A stretch of DNA of 63,331 nt, the filler included. It is 4 parts of 4 records of this genome, joined end to end, with 100 filler letters (N's around TTAATTAATTAA, not from the genome) between each part and the next. Parts side by side here need not be neighbours in the genome. Positions count along the whole stretch, not along the records: positions 17,794 to 32,928 come from SRR20825019_2414; positions 33,029 to 58,182 come from SRR20825019_2417; 2 more parts are not named here. One strand, 5' to 3'. Below are positions 29,716 through 41,466 of the stretch, piece by piece (position 1 is the first letter of the stretch; each line of letters starts with the position of its first letter). Below the pieces are notes generated by a model that searched no databases, was not told the origin of the DNA, and saw only the letters and a list, made by a program, of their open reading frames with translations. Both the position numbers and the translations under genes were made by a program.

Positions 29716-30456
29716 TCACCCTTTGTGCCCGAGTGTCTTCAGAAGTGCGTCAAGCAGACTGCTGGCACCGAATCGGAATGTTTCCGGTGTGGCCCAGCCC
29801 GCCCCCATGATGTTGTCGGCGAGCCGCAGATAGGCAAGGGCCTGCTCCGTCGTGCGGATACCGCCGGAGGGTTTCAGGCCAACCGGTTTGCCGCTGTCCC
29901 GGATCGTTTCCAGCATGATGTGGGCGGCTTCCAGGGTGGCAGAGACGGGTGTCTTGCCGGTGGAAGTCTTGATGAAATCCGCACCGGCTGCAATCGCATC
30001 CCGGCTGGAGCCGGCGATGGCATTCGCGGTTTGCAGGCGGCCTGTTTCCAGAATGACCTTCAGGTGCGCTGCCGTTCCGCAAGCATCCTTGCAGGCGGCA
30101 ACCAGATCCCCGGCGATGGTGCTGTTACCGTTCAGCCAGCTGTCATAGGGCCAGACCACGTCCACCTCGTCCGCGCCATCGGCAACGGCCTGTTTCGTGG
30201 TGGCGACGGCGCCCGCGATATCCGGACGGCCATGCGGGAAGTTGGAAACCGTGGCGACGCGGACAGTTGTTCCGGCGAGTGCGCTCTTCGCCTGTGCGAC
30301 GAAGGCCGGCCAGACGCAAACGGCGGCGACCGGGCCTACGGGCGTCACGGCGCGTTTCAGCATGGCGTCGACCGAGGCCGGGCTGTCATCGTCGCCAAGG
30401 CTCGTCAGGTCGAGCATGGACAAGGCACGGCCAGCTTCGGTGCCGGTGTCAGTCAT
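29716..30456 (-). CDS. deoC: Deoxyribose-phosphate aldolase
   Basis: LDLTSL, GADEVD, LKVILETG, FIKTSTGK, GLKPSGGIR, FRFGASSLL. Confidence 0.95.
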   Translation of the reverse strand: MTDTGTEAGRALSMLDLTSLGDDDSPASVDAMLKRAVTPVGPVAAVCVWPAFVAQAKSALAGTTVRVATVSNFPHGRPDIAGAVATTKQAVADGADEVDVVWPYDSWLNGNSTIAGDLVAACKDACGTAAHLKVILETGRLQTANAIAGSSRDAIAAGADFIKTSTGKTPVSATLEAAHIMLETIRDSGKPVGLKPSGGIRTTEQALAYLRLADNIMGAGWATPETFRFGASSLLDALLKTLGHKG

Positions 30457-31273
30457 GGATAGGGTCCTTCAGAAATTCCAGCAGCAAACGGGTCATGGAG
30501 TCCGCGATTGTCGCGCCCTGGGTCAGTGTGTGTTCGTGGTCGAGAATTTCATTCGCCACCATGCCCGCGCCGAAATTGGTTATACCGGAAATTGCGGCAA
30601 CCCTGAGGCCCGCATGCCGGGCGGCCAGCACTTCCGGCACCGTGGACATGCCGACGGCATCGGCGCCGAGGATGCGGAAAGCGCGGATCTCCGCCGGGGT
30701 CTCGAAGTTCGGGCCGAGCGCCCAGAGATAGATGCCTTCATGCAGAGCCACGTCACTGGCTTCGGCGCCGCGCCGGAGCGCGGCCCGCAGGGCGACGTCA
30801 TAAGCCTGGGTCATGTCGAAGAAGCGCGGGCCGAGGGCCGCGTCATTCGGGCCGATCAGCGGATTGGCACCGGACCAGTTGATGTGATCCGTCAGCATCA
30901 TCAGGCTGCCGGGCGCCATCTCGTCCTGAAGGCTGCCGGCGGCGTTCGTCAGCACCAGACTGTCGATTCCGAGCGCCGCCAGGGTGCGGACCGGCAACAC
31001 GATGTCGGCCAGCGGATGGCCTTCATAGGCATGGGCCCGGCCCTGCAGTACGAAGACCTCGCGGCCGGAGAGCGTGCCGTGGATCAGCGTTCCATGATGG
31101 CCTTCGACACGCGGTTTCGGGAAACCCGGAATATCGGCGAAAGAGACCGAGGCCGGATTTTCCACGGCGTCCGCGACGGAGCCGAGGCCGCTGCCAAGCA
31201 CCAGCGCGACCCGGGCGCTGCGCCCCGGCAATGCTTTGCGAATGGCGTCAGCCGCCACTTCGTATGAGGTCAC
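30449..31273 (-). CDS. punA: Purine-nucleoside phosphorylase (PNP I, PunA/XapA type)
   Basis: LVLGSGLG, GRAHAYEG, TNAAGSL, GPNFETPAE, GMSTVPE; GTG start at 31273 overlapping the upstream stop. Confidence 0.9.
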   Translation of the reverse strand: MTSYEVAADAIRKALPGRSARVALVLGSGLGSVADAVENPASVSFADIPGFPKPRVEGHHGTLIHGTLSGREVFVLQGRAHAYEGHPLADIVLPVRTLAALGIDSLVLTNAAGSLQDEMAPGSLMMLTDHINWSGANPLIGPNDAALGPRFFDMTQAYDVALRAALRRGAEASDVALHEGIYLWALGPNFETPAEIRAFRILGADAVGMSTVPEVLAARHAGLRVAAISGITNFGAGMVANEILDHEHTLTQGATIADSMTRLLLEFLKDPIHD

Positions 31274-32247
31274 GTCCGCTCCTTCACGTAAGGGGTGCCG
31301 CTGGCTTTCGGGGCGATGGCCTTGCCGATGAAGCCGGCCAGCAGGACCACGGTCAGGATGTAGGGCAGGGCCTGCAGCAGCTGAACCGGAAAGATTCCGA
31401 TCACCGGCAGCTCGACGCCTTGCAGGCGGACGGCCATGGCGTCGAGAAAGCCGAACAGCAGGCAGGCGAACAGGGTCGGCACCGGCTTCCATTTGCCGAA
31501 GATCATCGCCGCCAGCGCCATGTATCCCTTGCCCGCCGTCATGTCGCGCACGAAGGCGGCGGAATGGGCGGTGGAGAGGTAGGTCCCGGCAATGCCGCAG
31601 AGGGTCCCTGCGATCAGCAGTGCGCTGTAGCGCAGGCCGGTGACGCTGATCCCGGCAGTATCGACCGCCGCCGGGTTTTCGCCGACAGCCCGCAGCCGCA
31701 ATCCGAACCGGGTGCGGTAAACCACCCACCAGGTCAGCGGCACGACGGCAAGGGCGAGATAGACGAGGATGTTGTGCCCGCTGATCACCTCCGCATAGAT
31801 AGGCCCGATCACCGGAATGCCGCGCGCGGCATCGGCGAAGGGCAGGGCATGCTCGGTAAAGCGCGCGGAGGCATCGAGTGTCGGCGTCCGGCCGCCCTGA
31901 TGGAACCAGGCGATGCCGAGCACGATTGTCAGCCCGGCGGCGACGACATTGATGGCAACGCCGCTGATCACCTGATCGCCCCGGTGGGTGATACAGGCAA
32001 AGCCGTGCAGCAGCGTGAGACCGATGGAGACGGAAATTCCCATGCCGAGCCCGGCCCAGGCCGAGCCGGTGACGGCAGCCGTGGCCGCGGCGGCGAATGC
32101 GGCCGCCAGCATCTTGCCCTCAAGTCCGATATCGATCACGCCGGAGCGTTCCGAGAACAGACCGGCCATGGCCGCCAGGATCAGCGGCGTGGCAACGCGC
32201 AGGGTGGCGTCGAGGGTGAGCAGGATCAGGAGATAGGTGTCAGCCAT
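31270..32247 (-). CDS. Nucleoside ABC transporter permease 2
   Basis: ERSGVIDIGLEG, LRAVGENPAAVDTAGISV, GKGYMALAAMIFGKWKP. Confidence 0.88.
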   Translation of the reverse strand: MADTYLLILLTLDATLRVATPLILAAMAGLFSERSGVIDIGLEGKMLAAAFAAAATAAVTGSAWAGLGMGISVSIGLTLLHGFACITHRGDQVISGVAINVVAAGLTIVLGIAWFHQGGRTPTLDASARFTEHALPFADAARGIPVIGPIYAEVISGHNILVYLALAVVPLTWWVVYRTRFGLRLRAVGENPAAVDTAGISVTGLRYSALLIAGTLCGIAGTYLSTAHSAAFVRDMTAGKGYMALAAMIFGKWKPVPTLFACLLFGFLDAMAVRLQGVELPVIGIFPVQLLQALPYILTVVLLAGFIGKAIAPKASGTPYVKERT

Positions 32248-32256
32248 GATCGCCTC

Positions 32257-32928
32257 CTAGCCCCGCGCCGGCATGAGCCGGCCGATCAGCCGCGCCACCA
32301 GCGGATTGAACATGTAGGCGAGCGCGCCGGAGAACAGGATGATGAAGCCCTGGATGACGATCACCATGTCGCGGGTGATCTGCTCGAACTCGAAGTCGAG
32401 CTCCGCGCCACCCTGATAGAGGGTACCGAACAACAGGCTGGCCAGCACGATGCCGATCGGATGATTGCGTCCCATCAGGGCGACGGCGATGCCGGTGAAG
32501 CCGTATCCGGCGGTGAAGTTCAGCAGCAGCTTGTGCTGCACACCCATGATCTCGTTGATGCCGACCATGCCGGCCAGCATTCCGGACAGTGCCATGGTCC
32601 AGAAGATCGTCTTCTTCGGATCGATCCCGGCATAGATCGCGGCCGTCTCGTTCCGGCCGACCGTGCGGATGGCATAGCCCCAGCGCGTGCGCCAAATGAA
32701 GACAGCGACGAGGACGGAGGCGATCAGGGCAAGGACAAAGGAGAGGTTCAGCGGCGAGCGGGAGACGTCTATCCCGATGACGGCGAACATCTGGTGCGCC
32801 ATCGGTAGCCAGGCGCTTTCGGCGAATTCCCGGCTTTCGGGGGACATTTGCCCCGGCTTGATCATCACATTGACCAACAGATAGACCATCAGCGCCGAGG
32901 CGATGAAGTTGAACATGATGGTGGTGAT
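32257..32928 (-). CDS. Nucleoside ABC transporter permease 1, 5'-truncated
   Basis: ITTIMFNFIA, GYGFTGIAVALMGRNHPIG. Confidence 0.85.
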   Translation of the reverse strand: MTTIMFNFIASALMVYLLVNVMIKPGQMSPESREFAESAWLPMAHQMFAVIGIDVSRSPLNLSFVLALIASVLVAVFIWRTRWGYAIRTVGRNETAAIYAGIDPKKTIFWTMALSGMLAGMVGINEIMGVQHKLLLNFTAGYGFTGIAVALMGRNHPIGIVLASLLFGTLYQGGAELDFEFEQITRDMVIVIQGFIILFSGALAYMFNPLVARLIGRLMPARG

Positions 32929-33028
32929 NNNNNNNNNNNNNNNNNNNNNNNNNNNNNNNNNNNNNNNNNNNNTTAATTAATTAANNNNNNNNNNNNNNNN
33001 NNNNNNNNNNNNNNNNNNNNNNNNNNNN
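32929..33028. other. Artificial contig linker
   Basis: 44 N + TTAATTAATTAA + 44 N; bacterial to eukaryotic transition. Confidence 0.97.
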
Positions 33029-33410
33029 AAACCAATAAATTCATTCATTCATCATTCAGCCGCCGGCCCGCCCTCCCCGGACCCGCTGCTGGCTGACGAG
33101 CCGGAGCCGGAGTCCCGCACAGTCAGGCCGGGCGTCCGGTCGCTGGCCTGGGCCGCGGTGCCGTCGGTCGCCGGCGTGCGCGGCTCCAGTAGGCCAACGT
33201 CCCGTGGTATCGTAGCCACGGCCCCGGCGGGCGCCCGCAGGGGCTCAGCGGCCGGACTCGCGGGACGGGAGAAATGGACGGGAGATAGGAGCACGGTAGT
33301 ACCGGATCTCACCACCAAGTCATCCCCGACCCCCTCAAATACATTTGAGGTGACTTCCAAATACTCTCTATTCCCTTGTTCCGACTTATGCAAACTCACG
33401 GTAAGCTGAG

Positions 33411-35140
33411 ATGCAGTGTTTATGTTGGCAGGATTAGTTGCTTATGCCCTTTAACTTGCAGTCGTGGCATGGTGGCTCGCTGGTTTCTGCACAATTTTGT
33501 CAGTGTTGTTCTCTGCGAGTCTTGTCTTGAGACATCTTAAACACTACCATACTCCGCATCTGCAGAAATATGTGGTCAGAATAGTTTTGGTATGTTTCAG
33601 CAGTGCAAAATGTTCTTCGAAAAGGTTTTAATCTTGGGTAACCAGATGGTCCCAGTATATGCCTGTGCATCTTTCCTCTCCCTCACGTTTCCTCACGCGA
33701 CCCCATTTTTTGATCTTATTCGGGAGGTTTACGAAAGTGTAGTCGTTTATAGTTTTTTTACCATGCTTGTTACGTTTGCTTCGAATCAAGGTACTTTCGG
33801 TTCTGAGGGCCTCTTGAGGTTGTGACTAATCAGCAGGAACAGGTTCCACACCTCTTGGTGACATTCTCAAAGAGAAGGCTAGTATGTCGCACCCTACACC
33901 ATGCTGTTGTTTTGGAAATATCGGACTAGGACCGACGTTTCTCCGTCGTTGTTGGCTTGGCGTTCTCCAGTATATCCTCGTAGGTCCTGTCATAGCCTTT
34001 TTAGCGCTGTGCTTCCATGTTCTTGGTCGTTATAGGAAGGGCCGTTTAATCATGGAAGGCACTTATGTACGGTTTGTGCACATTCGTACCTCATTCCGCT
34101 AACTGGTTAAGACGTGTAGGTGTATTTAGTATTCACCGAGAATATATCGGTCAGCACGGCAATGTATGCGCTGCTGTATTTCTATAGTGCGACGAAAGAT
34201 ATAATTGCTCCTTTGAATCCTGTCAATAAGTTCATATCCGTCAAACTGGTCGTATTCGCTACTTTTTGGCAAGGGCTCACACTCAGCATTCTCAAGGCGG
34301 TAAGTTCCGAAAGCATGCATGTTCAGCATTTCCCTGTGATGTGAATACACTTCATCTAATAGCCCCCGTATGCTCCTAGACCAATGTGATACACGACACG
34401 GACATGTTCTCTGCATCAGACGTTCAATTTGGAACCCAGAATTTCATCATTTGTCTCGAAATGGTTGCATTCGCCGTACTCCATCATAGATCATTCGGTT
34501 ATGAGGATTTTGTGAATGCTGATACACTTGAACGGGAAAAACAACAGGTAGGCAATGTATGATTCCGATGTTTTTGACACTGGCCCTTACATTCGGAAAA
34601 GTACGTTCTTGCCGAATTGGCGGAGTTCGCCTATGCTCCAGGCAGGACCGTCGTGCAAGTGAAGGACTCTTTCATGCATATGGTGAGTGGCTGTGTGTGC
34701 TATTTAGAGCTTCGGATCCTAATAGTTGGGTGCTCCAGGCTGATCCCAAGGATATTGTCCATAATGCTCGTGCTGCCATCGGAACAGAGCTGCATGTGCT
34801 GGGAAAGAGAATTGCTGGTGGTTCAACCTTGGTGTCGGATGCCGCCCCGGGGAAAGGCAGCTCCCTCTCACCGGTTGCCGCTGGAAAATCCAGTACCCCC
34901 AGCGAAGGAAGCATTGCAGATGATACCGCCGGGGGTTTGAGCGGTCACATGGACCTGGGGGACACAACTCTAGACATAGATATTCCGACCATAACACCGC
35001 CACCCCGACCTCTTTCTTCAGCAAATTCCCTTATCCAGTTGCCCTCCGAAAGCAACACTTCTTCCCCTAAAGCTGGTGTCTCTCCGAGCGCGAGTTCCGG
35101 GCCGAAGCCAAACCCTCTGTCCCGGCACAAAAGCGACTGA
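33411..35140 (+). CDS. Eukaryotic TMEM184/OST-alpha family transporter (multi-exon)
   Basis: Spliced exons read HLKHYHTPHLQKYVVRIVL|MVPVYACASFLSL...IREVYES...GVLQY...KFISVKLVVFATFWQG...QNFIICLEM; start tentative. Confidence 0.85.
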
Positions 35141-35164
35141 TAAGGCATGTGGGCAACTAGTTCT

Positions 35165-36437
35165 TTACCGACTAGATCGCATTGACGTTGAAAACCTTGC
35201 GAGTTGCGGTCGGACGGGGTCGCGAAAGTGGCCATCCAACCTTAATGTTTGTACCTTGATGCTGTACTCTGGGACCGGCCGTCGTTGGCCGCGGAGCTCG
35301 CCTGAGGTGGACTTCTTGATCTTGTACGCGTCTGTAGTCAATGTCGGAGTAAGTGGTGGCTCTGCATTATCAATGGCAACGTACTCGCGGTTATGCATTG
35401 TGGTAAAGACTTGCGTATGATTTCTGTTGGCCATTTGTTTTCTATATGCCATGGCCCTCTCCAATCTCACTCGTGGCATATCAGCTCTTGGCAGTTTCTG
35501 TGTCTGTGATACGTCTAAGCAGAAGGAACGGTGATGGATGATTGGAATGACACACCTTTCGTGAAAGCATGGAAGGCACGGATCCCTTGCCCACCATCGT
35601 TTGTTTTCGGTGAGGCGAGGATGATCGCACTGGAGATCTGTTTTCTGTCCTCTGTGGCCCCGCACTCCGTGAACGCCTGCTTCTCATTGTGTCACCCCTT
35701 GTTGTTGTCATCCCCTCCTTCAACAAACTATTAGCAAGTCCGTTTCGAGCTGCCGTACAGCCATACCTCCTTAAGATACAACTCTGCAATCTCTTTCCCA
35801 ATTTTTTGTAGTTTCTCCTTGTCCGAGTATGGTGCGGGCCGGTATTTTCTCGTATCCTGAAGAAAACGTGAGTGCGAGGTTCTCAGTGCTGTGTTACATA
35901 CCGAATGGAATTCTTTCACCCAATCCAAAACCCTTGGAGTTGCGATCTGCGCCTTTTCTGCCTCGCGTATGAACTTCTTCAACCACTGATGACGATCGTA
36001 CTTTTGACCCCATCTCCCCCGAAGGTCAGGCCTAGTAGGCTTGCGATTGAAAACATCCTGAAAAATTATCAGTCGACTAATGGCATAACCGGGTCACTGG
36101 AAAATTCACTTGAAATGCTTTGGTGAACAGTTTCAGCTCATCAGTAAGGGCTATATATTCTGCAACATCCTCCTGCGTAAGCATCCGGACTCCCCTAAGA
36201 TCACAAGGTCAATATCCTGTTGGAGAAACCGACCCATGAATTCACCTGGCAATGCTCTTTTCAACCGCTTGCCGCTCCGCCCATGCATCCTCCCATTTCT
36301 TATACAGAAAGTCCTCCTTTTGGATGGCTTGTCTCCTATTCGATCATTTAGGTAAGCGTGTGGTAGCGAGTGAGGGTTCAATACCAGCAAATGTCGTTTG
36401 CCCAGTCTGTCGCATATGGATTTCTCGCTTGAGACAT
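35165..36437 (-). CDS. Eukaryotic multi-exon hypothetical protein, possible ciliary microtubule inner protein
   Basis: Hand splice: MSQARNPYATDWANDICW|RQAIQKEDFLYKKWEDAWAERQ...; terminal exon ends RFSTSMRSSR*. Confidence 0.55.
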
Positions 36438-37317
36438 AGTGACTCCACCGAAGAACTGAAGTCAGTCCAGTGTAGCCCTACTATGGTTTGGTATAGCTTA
36501 AAAACTGAGAAGCTTACCCCCTCAAACTTATATGTCAGATACTAGTGCTCCTTTGCTCGAACTAGTCGTGAGGAATAGCTCTAATTGTTAGTTCTCGTCT
36601 GTGCTATGGCCCGTCAGATCAGACAGGATCTCTGAAGTGGAGTAGACTCGGCATCATCTCCTTTGGGAGTCCTCACAGATGCCGCAGTTCCGGGTCCGGT
36701 CCGCGCAGGGTCCGCGCGGGTCGTCCCCGGCCTGGCCGGGCCGTGTGTGCCAGGCCGGACGCTGCAAGTGGGGCCCTTGGGCACCGTACCAAAAAAACCG
36801 CCAGCGATGCAATCTCCACAATATCTGGAATATATCTTGTATAATCTCAATTAGAGATACAATCTGAACATCACGTTCTCGCGTTGCAACGGTTATTTCA
36901 TAGGGGCTCACTCAGGTCGTCGGGAATCGAGTCCCTCCCCGCCGCGCTGCGTGGTGGCGGATCGATCGGAGTAGCTTGCCTTGGCGACCAGACACGTGAC
37001 CTACTCTACCGAGTGACTGTCTCCGGCTCATCAGTCACGAGGCCGGCATTGACGCTGTCTGGGGAGCAGTGGCGAGGGCATAGCGGACAGCTCGGCGGTG
37101 TCGAGAGAAACTCGAACCAGTGGGTTCACCCAAAGCGCGCTGCATCCGGAAGGTGTGCACGATGGACGACGCTTGTGAGTGCCATCTGTCTAGACCCGCT
37201 GTCCATGATGTCGTTCTACCTTGAAGTGGAGGGACAACACATTTAAGTGTTACCACGAATAACAAGAAGCGCTGTGCCACCTTTAGTTTCGTCAGATATT
37301 ACAAGCAGACCGCAGCC

Positions 37318-40300
37318 ATGAAGTCACCAGTAGAGGTTGATGATCTGGTGGACCAGATGCAAGTGGAACATAATAAGAAGCCACTCGACGAAGATCAACT
37401 GTGAGACGCTATATTGCTTTTGGGCGCGATATCCGTACTGACTGCATTTCTGCAGCCACGCCAATGCCGTTGAAGGTATCCTTGCAGACACAACCAAATA
37501 CATGGCCAGAAAGAACAACAGAGCGGAAATTTTGCGGAAGATCTTTCGTGCGTTGGATAGGGACCAAATAGGAAGGATCCATGCCGGAGAAGTGTGTCTT
37601 TAGCCACCCATATAGAATTAATATTGATGCGCTCTTATGTAGCTGGACAGGCTCATTCAGGCAATGCGTTCTGAAGCAGGAGACGATGAACCTGCCTTAA
37701 TGGTTTCGCTTGCCGACAAAAACTCCTTGTCCTTTGAACAGATGGTCAATGAGCTCAAACCAATGGACTATGTGTTCTTGGAGGATCTTTTGTGGTTTGT
37801 CGAGGTAACTGGGTGATTTCTCGCAGTTTTCTTGCAAAACTAAAGATCATACTCCCCTCAGAGTGTTGTCCGCGTTGAGGCGGAAATGCGAGATCAGTGG
37901 GCAGACGCCGTGAAGCGGTTCCGCCATGCAGTTGTGTCCCTTGATGATGAGGGTTTGATGATGTTTGCGTATCAATATCTTCCCGAGGGTAAGGTGGAAG
38001 TGTCGGCGACACACGTAACCTTCTAATCGCTCGAGAAGAGCTTGTGAAGTGGCTCAATGTTAGGATTCGCGGAGGGAAGGGTGTTGCCAAGTACGTCTCA
38101 GGACAAGATGGCAAGGTATTCTCCTATGGCCTCACCCAGCTGCAGTGCGAGCAGTATTTCCATGAGTTTAGGTACGATGGTGCATTGCCTTATTTTGTTG
38201 AACTCAGCTGGTGCTATTCTACAGTCATGGTGAAGTGCATGAACTGTTTCAGTCCATCAGGCCGCTGAGTGATCTTCTTGACCTTTGCCACCAGGCTAAG
38301 TACGTATTTCTACCGGTCCACTGTCACGTGTATTCATTGTCATTTACTTACAGGGATATTCACGATAATGCCGCCATTGAGGTTAAGGAGAAGTGTGATC
38401 AGTTGAGCACTGTGTTGAGCAACATATTGAACTTCAACACGGAGTATCGCTCCTTCACAGGCGACGAAGGGCAATTGTGGGGATGTGTTTTGATCCAGAG
38501 CAACATGTTGCCCTTTTTTGTCGAGCTTCTTCAGGTATTTTTCCTTCGTTGCTCATGGTCTGACATGTCCTCACCGCCTTTCAGTCGTACAGTAATGTCA
38601 TAGCAAAGCACGAATCTAAGGAAATGGTTAACATCATAATCAAAGACGTGATGAACATGCATTTCGAGCACTCGAAGGATCCCTTGCACGCAGAGATCAG
38701 GCAGAAGGTCCGTCACTTCCTCGAGTTTGATCATGGGCTCCACGCCACCCCTGTGGCAGACCCTCGTCCCTCAATTAGCAAGGTATGTACTGCTCAAACG
38801 GAACATTTCACGTTGTTTACTGTGGCGTACAGTGGGTAGCATTTATACTTGGTGTGAACGATGACTACGAAAGAGGGAAGGGGCTTGATATGCTAATTAC
38901 TTGGGATGCCAAACGGGTGCTTGCCGATCGTGATATTGACCCAACCACCGATGAGCCTTATCCCCCCGAACCATCTGTTTTTAGCTATGGAGATACCGTC
39001 TCTGTTCTTCTCTCCCGCTTGGAAATGCAGAGTCACCACTCCAAGCACGAGTCTCGGACTCCGATTCGGGTCCACATTCTCAAGTTCCTCATGAATATTT
39101 TTAACGGCTCCGGGGAACGTGGGCGTCTATTATTCCGGGAGAGCAACGGAATCAAACCCCTCATGCAGGTACTCCAAGGAAAGGTTGGAGTATGCAGACC
39201 AAAGATTCTCAACACCATGGATGAAAACGAAGAATTGGACGGTCTCGGTGTTGACATAATGGTATAGATGTAACCCAAAATGTAACGTTTTTGTCGCTCA
39301 TTTTGTTGGTAGCACCCAGACTTCTGTTTCCACTATGAGGAGGACTATGCTGATGACCAATTTTATGGCCCAAAGGATAGGAACAAGGTACTTGCCCGCA
39401 GGATTCCATTTCCCTATAATTCTCTGACCTGAAAATCTTCACTAGGTCATCGAAGTATTGGTTAATCTAATGAACACCAGTATGTGGGGAGAGAGGGCCG
39501 TTGCAGAAGAGATCCTTCAGCATGGTAACTCACTCGATATCTTGATTCGTTACGGCGATGTACCTTTGGAGCTGTTCAATTCGATACTGGGATGCCCCCT
39601 GTTGAAACCATATGTCACTCGAATGTCTTCACTCAAAGGAAAGAAATCCGCAGAGTACATGTTGAAGGTTTGAATCTAGCGTGGTTTAGAGATTCCTTAT
39701 GCCCCTAACTTGAAAGAATGTAATTTCAGAATCTTGCTACTTACAAGGAAGATGAACGGACATGGAATTTTCCGTTTTGGCCGGCCAAACCGGACGCCCG
39801 CAGCATGGAGGAATGTATGGGACTAAATGCTGTGCTGGAGACATTTTCAACGTGCAAGAGTTGGCTGGATACATGGGAAAGCAATGACGTTACAGGTAAT
39901 GAGAGCCGGTTTTCGCATTGATTTGAAATCACTCACAAAATATTAGTCTCCTTACGGTACCTTGCCGACGCACTGCCGATTGACGTTGCTCACCTACCAG
40001 AGTTGTGCCGAGCGATCAGCGCAACAATAACGGCAATGAAACTGCTAAAAGCAAAGGGATCTAAGGCGCCACCCGCAGGAAGCATAGCTAAAGGAAACGT
40101 TGGAATCGGTGCGGAGGAAGACCAATCCGACGGTGCTTCTGAGATTTCCGCTGGTGCAGGGTAAGCCGCCTTTTATTCACTCTGTGTTAGTGCTGTTCTA
40201 ATACCCGATTCTTTTCAGATCCAATGCGATGGGTGCTGCCCAAGCAACAGCTGATTCAAACAAGGTTGAGTATACGAGGAAGTGCCTATTCCGTGGATTG

Positions 40301-41244
40301 CAAATTTTGCAACTTGTCCAAGTGCAAATGAAGTTGTCCAATCATGTTTGCAGCTTGATGAGGGAAATCGAAGTTATGGTGAGGAATTTAAGTGAATTTT
40401 GAATCGGGAATATCTATCTTATTAAGGTTTTTGCAGCTTGATATGGTTCAACCTGTCCAGTCGCATAGCTTCTCAGAACCATTGAAGCTTGCACAAAAAA
40501 TGGAAGCATTAGCTGTTGGGAACAATGACATCAAGATGGATGAGTTCGGAATTACTCACTCAATGTCGCTTCGTTATCCTAAGAACTCACCGAAACAAGT
40601 TCTCAAGAGCCTAGCAAGCATCCTTCGGGCTGCCACTAATGATGAAGCAGTAAGTGGCTTGACATATCCACGATTTCCCCTAATTTAGTATTTATTTGAA
40701 TAGAACCAGCGCCGTCTTCTACACTACGCATTCTTTAACTTGTGCTATACTGAGCACTTTGAACTGTCCCAGGAGGGAGGGTCCATTAGTTTGCTGAGGC
40801 GGCTGGGAATAGGATTTAATGAAATTGAAGAAACAGCCGAGAATCTGAAAACATCCAACCAAAGCCTGTATGAGGTCCCAGAGACGAAAGAAGGAGTCCG
40901 CCTTTGTTTGTACCTGCCTCCCTCGGTATGAAACCATGTTATATTTATCACTTGCAGTACTAAGCCCTCAACAGACCTTGGTCCTTCCGCCGTTGTGCTT
41001 TATCGGGATTAATAATGAATGGCAACTTTGGGCTAATGCTCGTGAGGTCAACAGTAAGTTGAGTAGATGCTGAGTGAACATATGACACCAACCATTGAGC
41101 ACAGATGATCCACTGACGTGGCCAGGCAATGTTCTGCGCCACTTCAACCAGTCTCATGAACTTGCTATGGAGAGATGGACTTCACTGTCTCAATATGCCA
41201 ATGATAGTCAGGCGGAGCAGTTGAACAACAACGCCCCTTTCTAG
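37318..41244 (+). CDS. Eukaryotic multi-exon protein with N-terminal EF-hand-like motif and helical/ARM-like repeats
   Basis: LRKIFRALDRDQIGRIHAGE|L; later ESNGIKPLMQVL and EGGSISLLRRL; many ~50-nt GT-AG introns; last exon ...EQLNNNAPF*; start uncertain. Confidence 0.6.
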
Positions 41245-41466
41245 GGCGTTTCACACCAATATCCTAATTGTTCGAATTGGCATAGATGTCGCCGTTTCAG
41301 TACTTACTAAATAGAATTTCTTACACAAACTCAATTCACCATGAAAATTGCTCTATTCATTCACACAATCCTACAACTCCTGCGCATTCCTACGCTGTAT
41401 CGCTGACCTAGGTTGGCTGGCCGCGCGAACAAGGAAACACTCCATTCACTGAAAGAAGCTGGTCAC

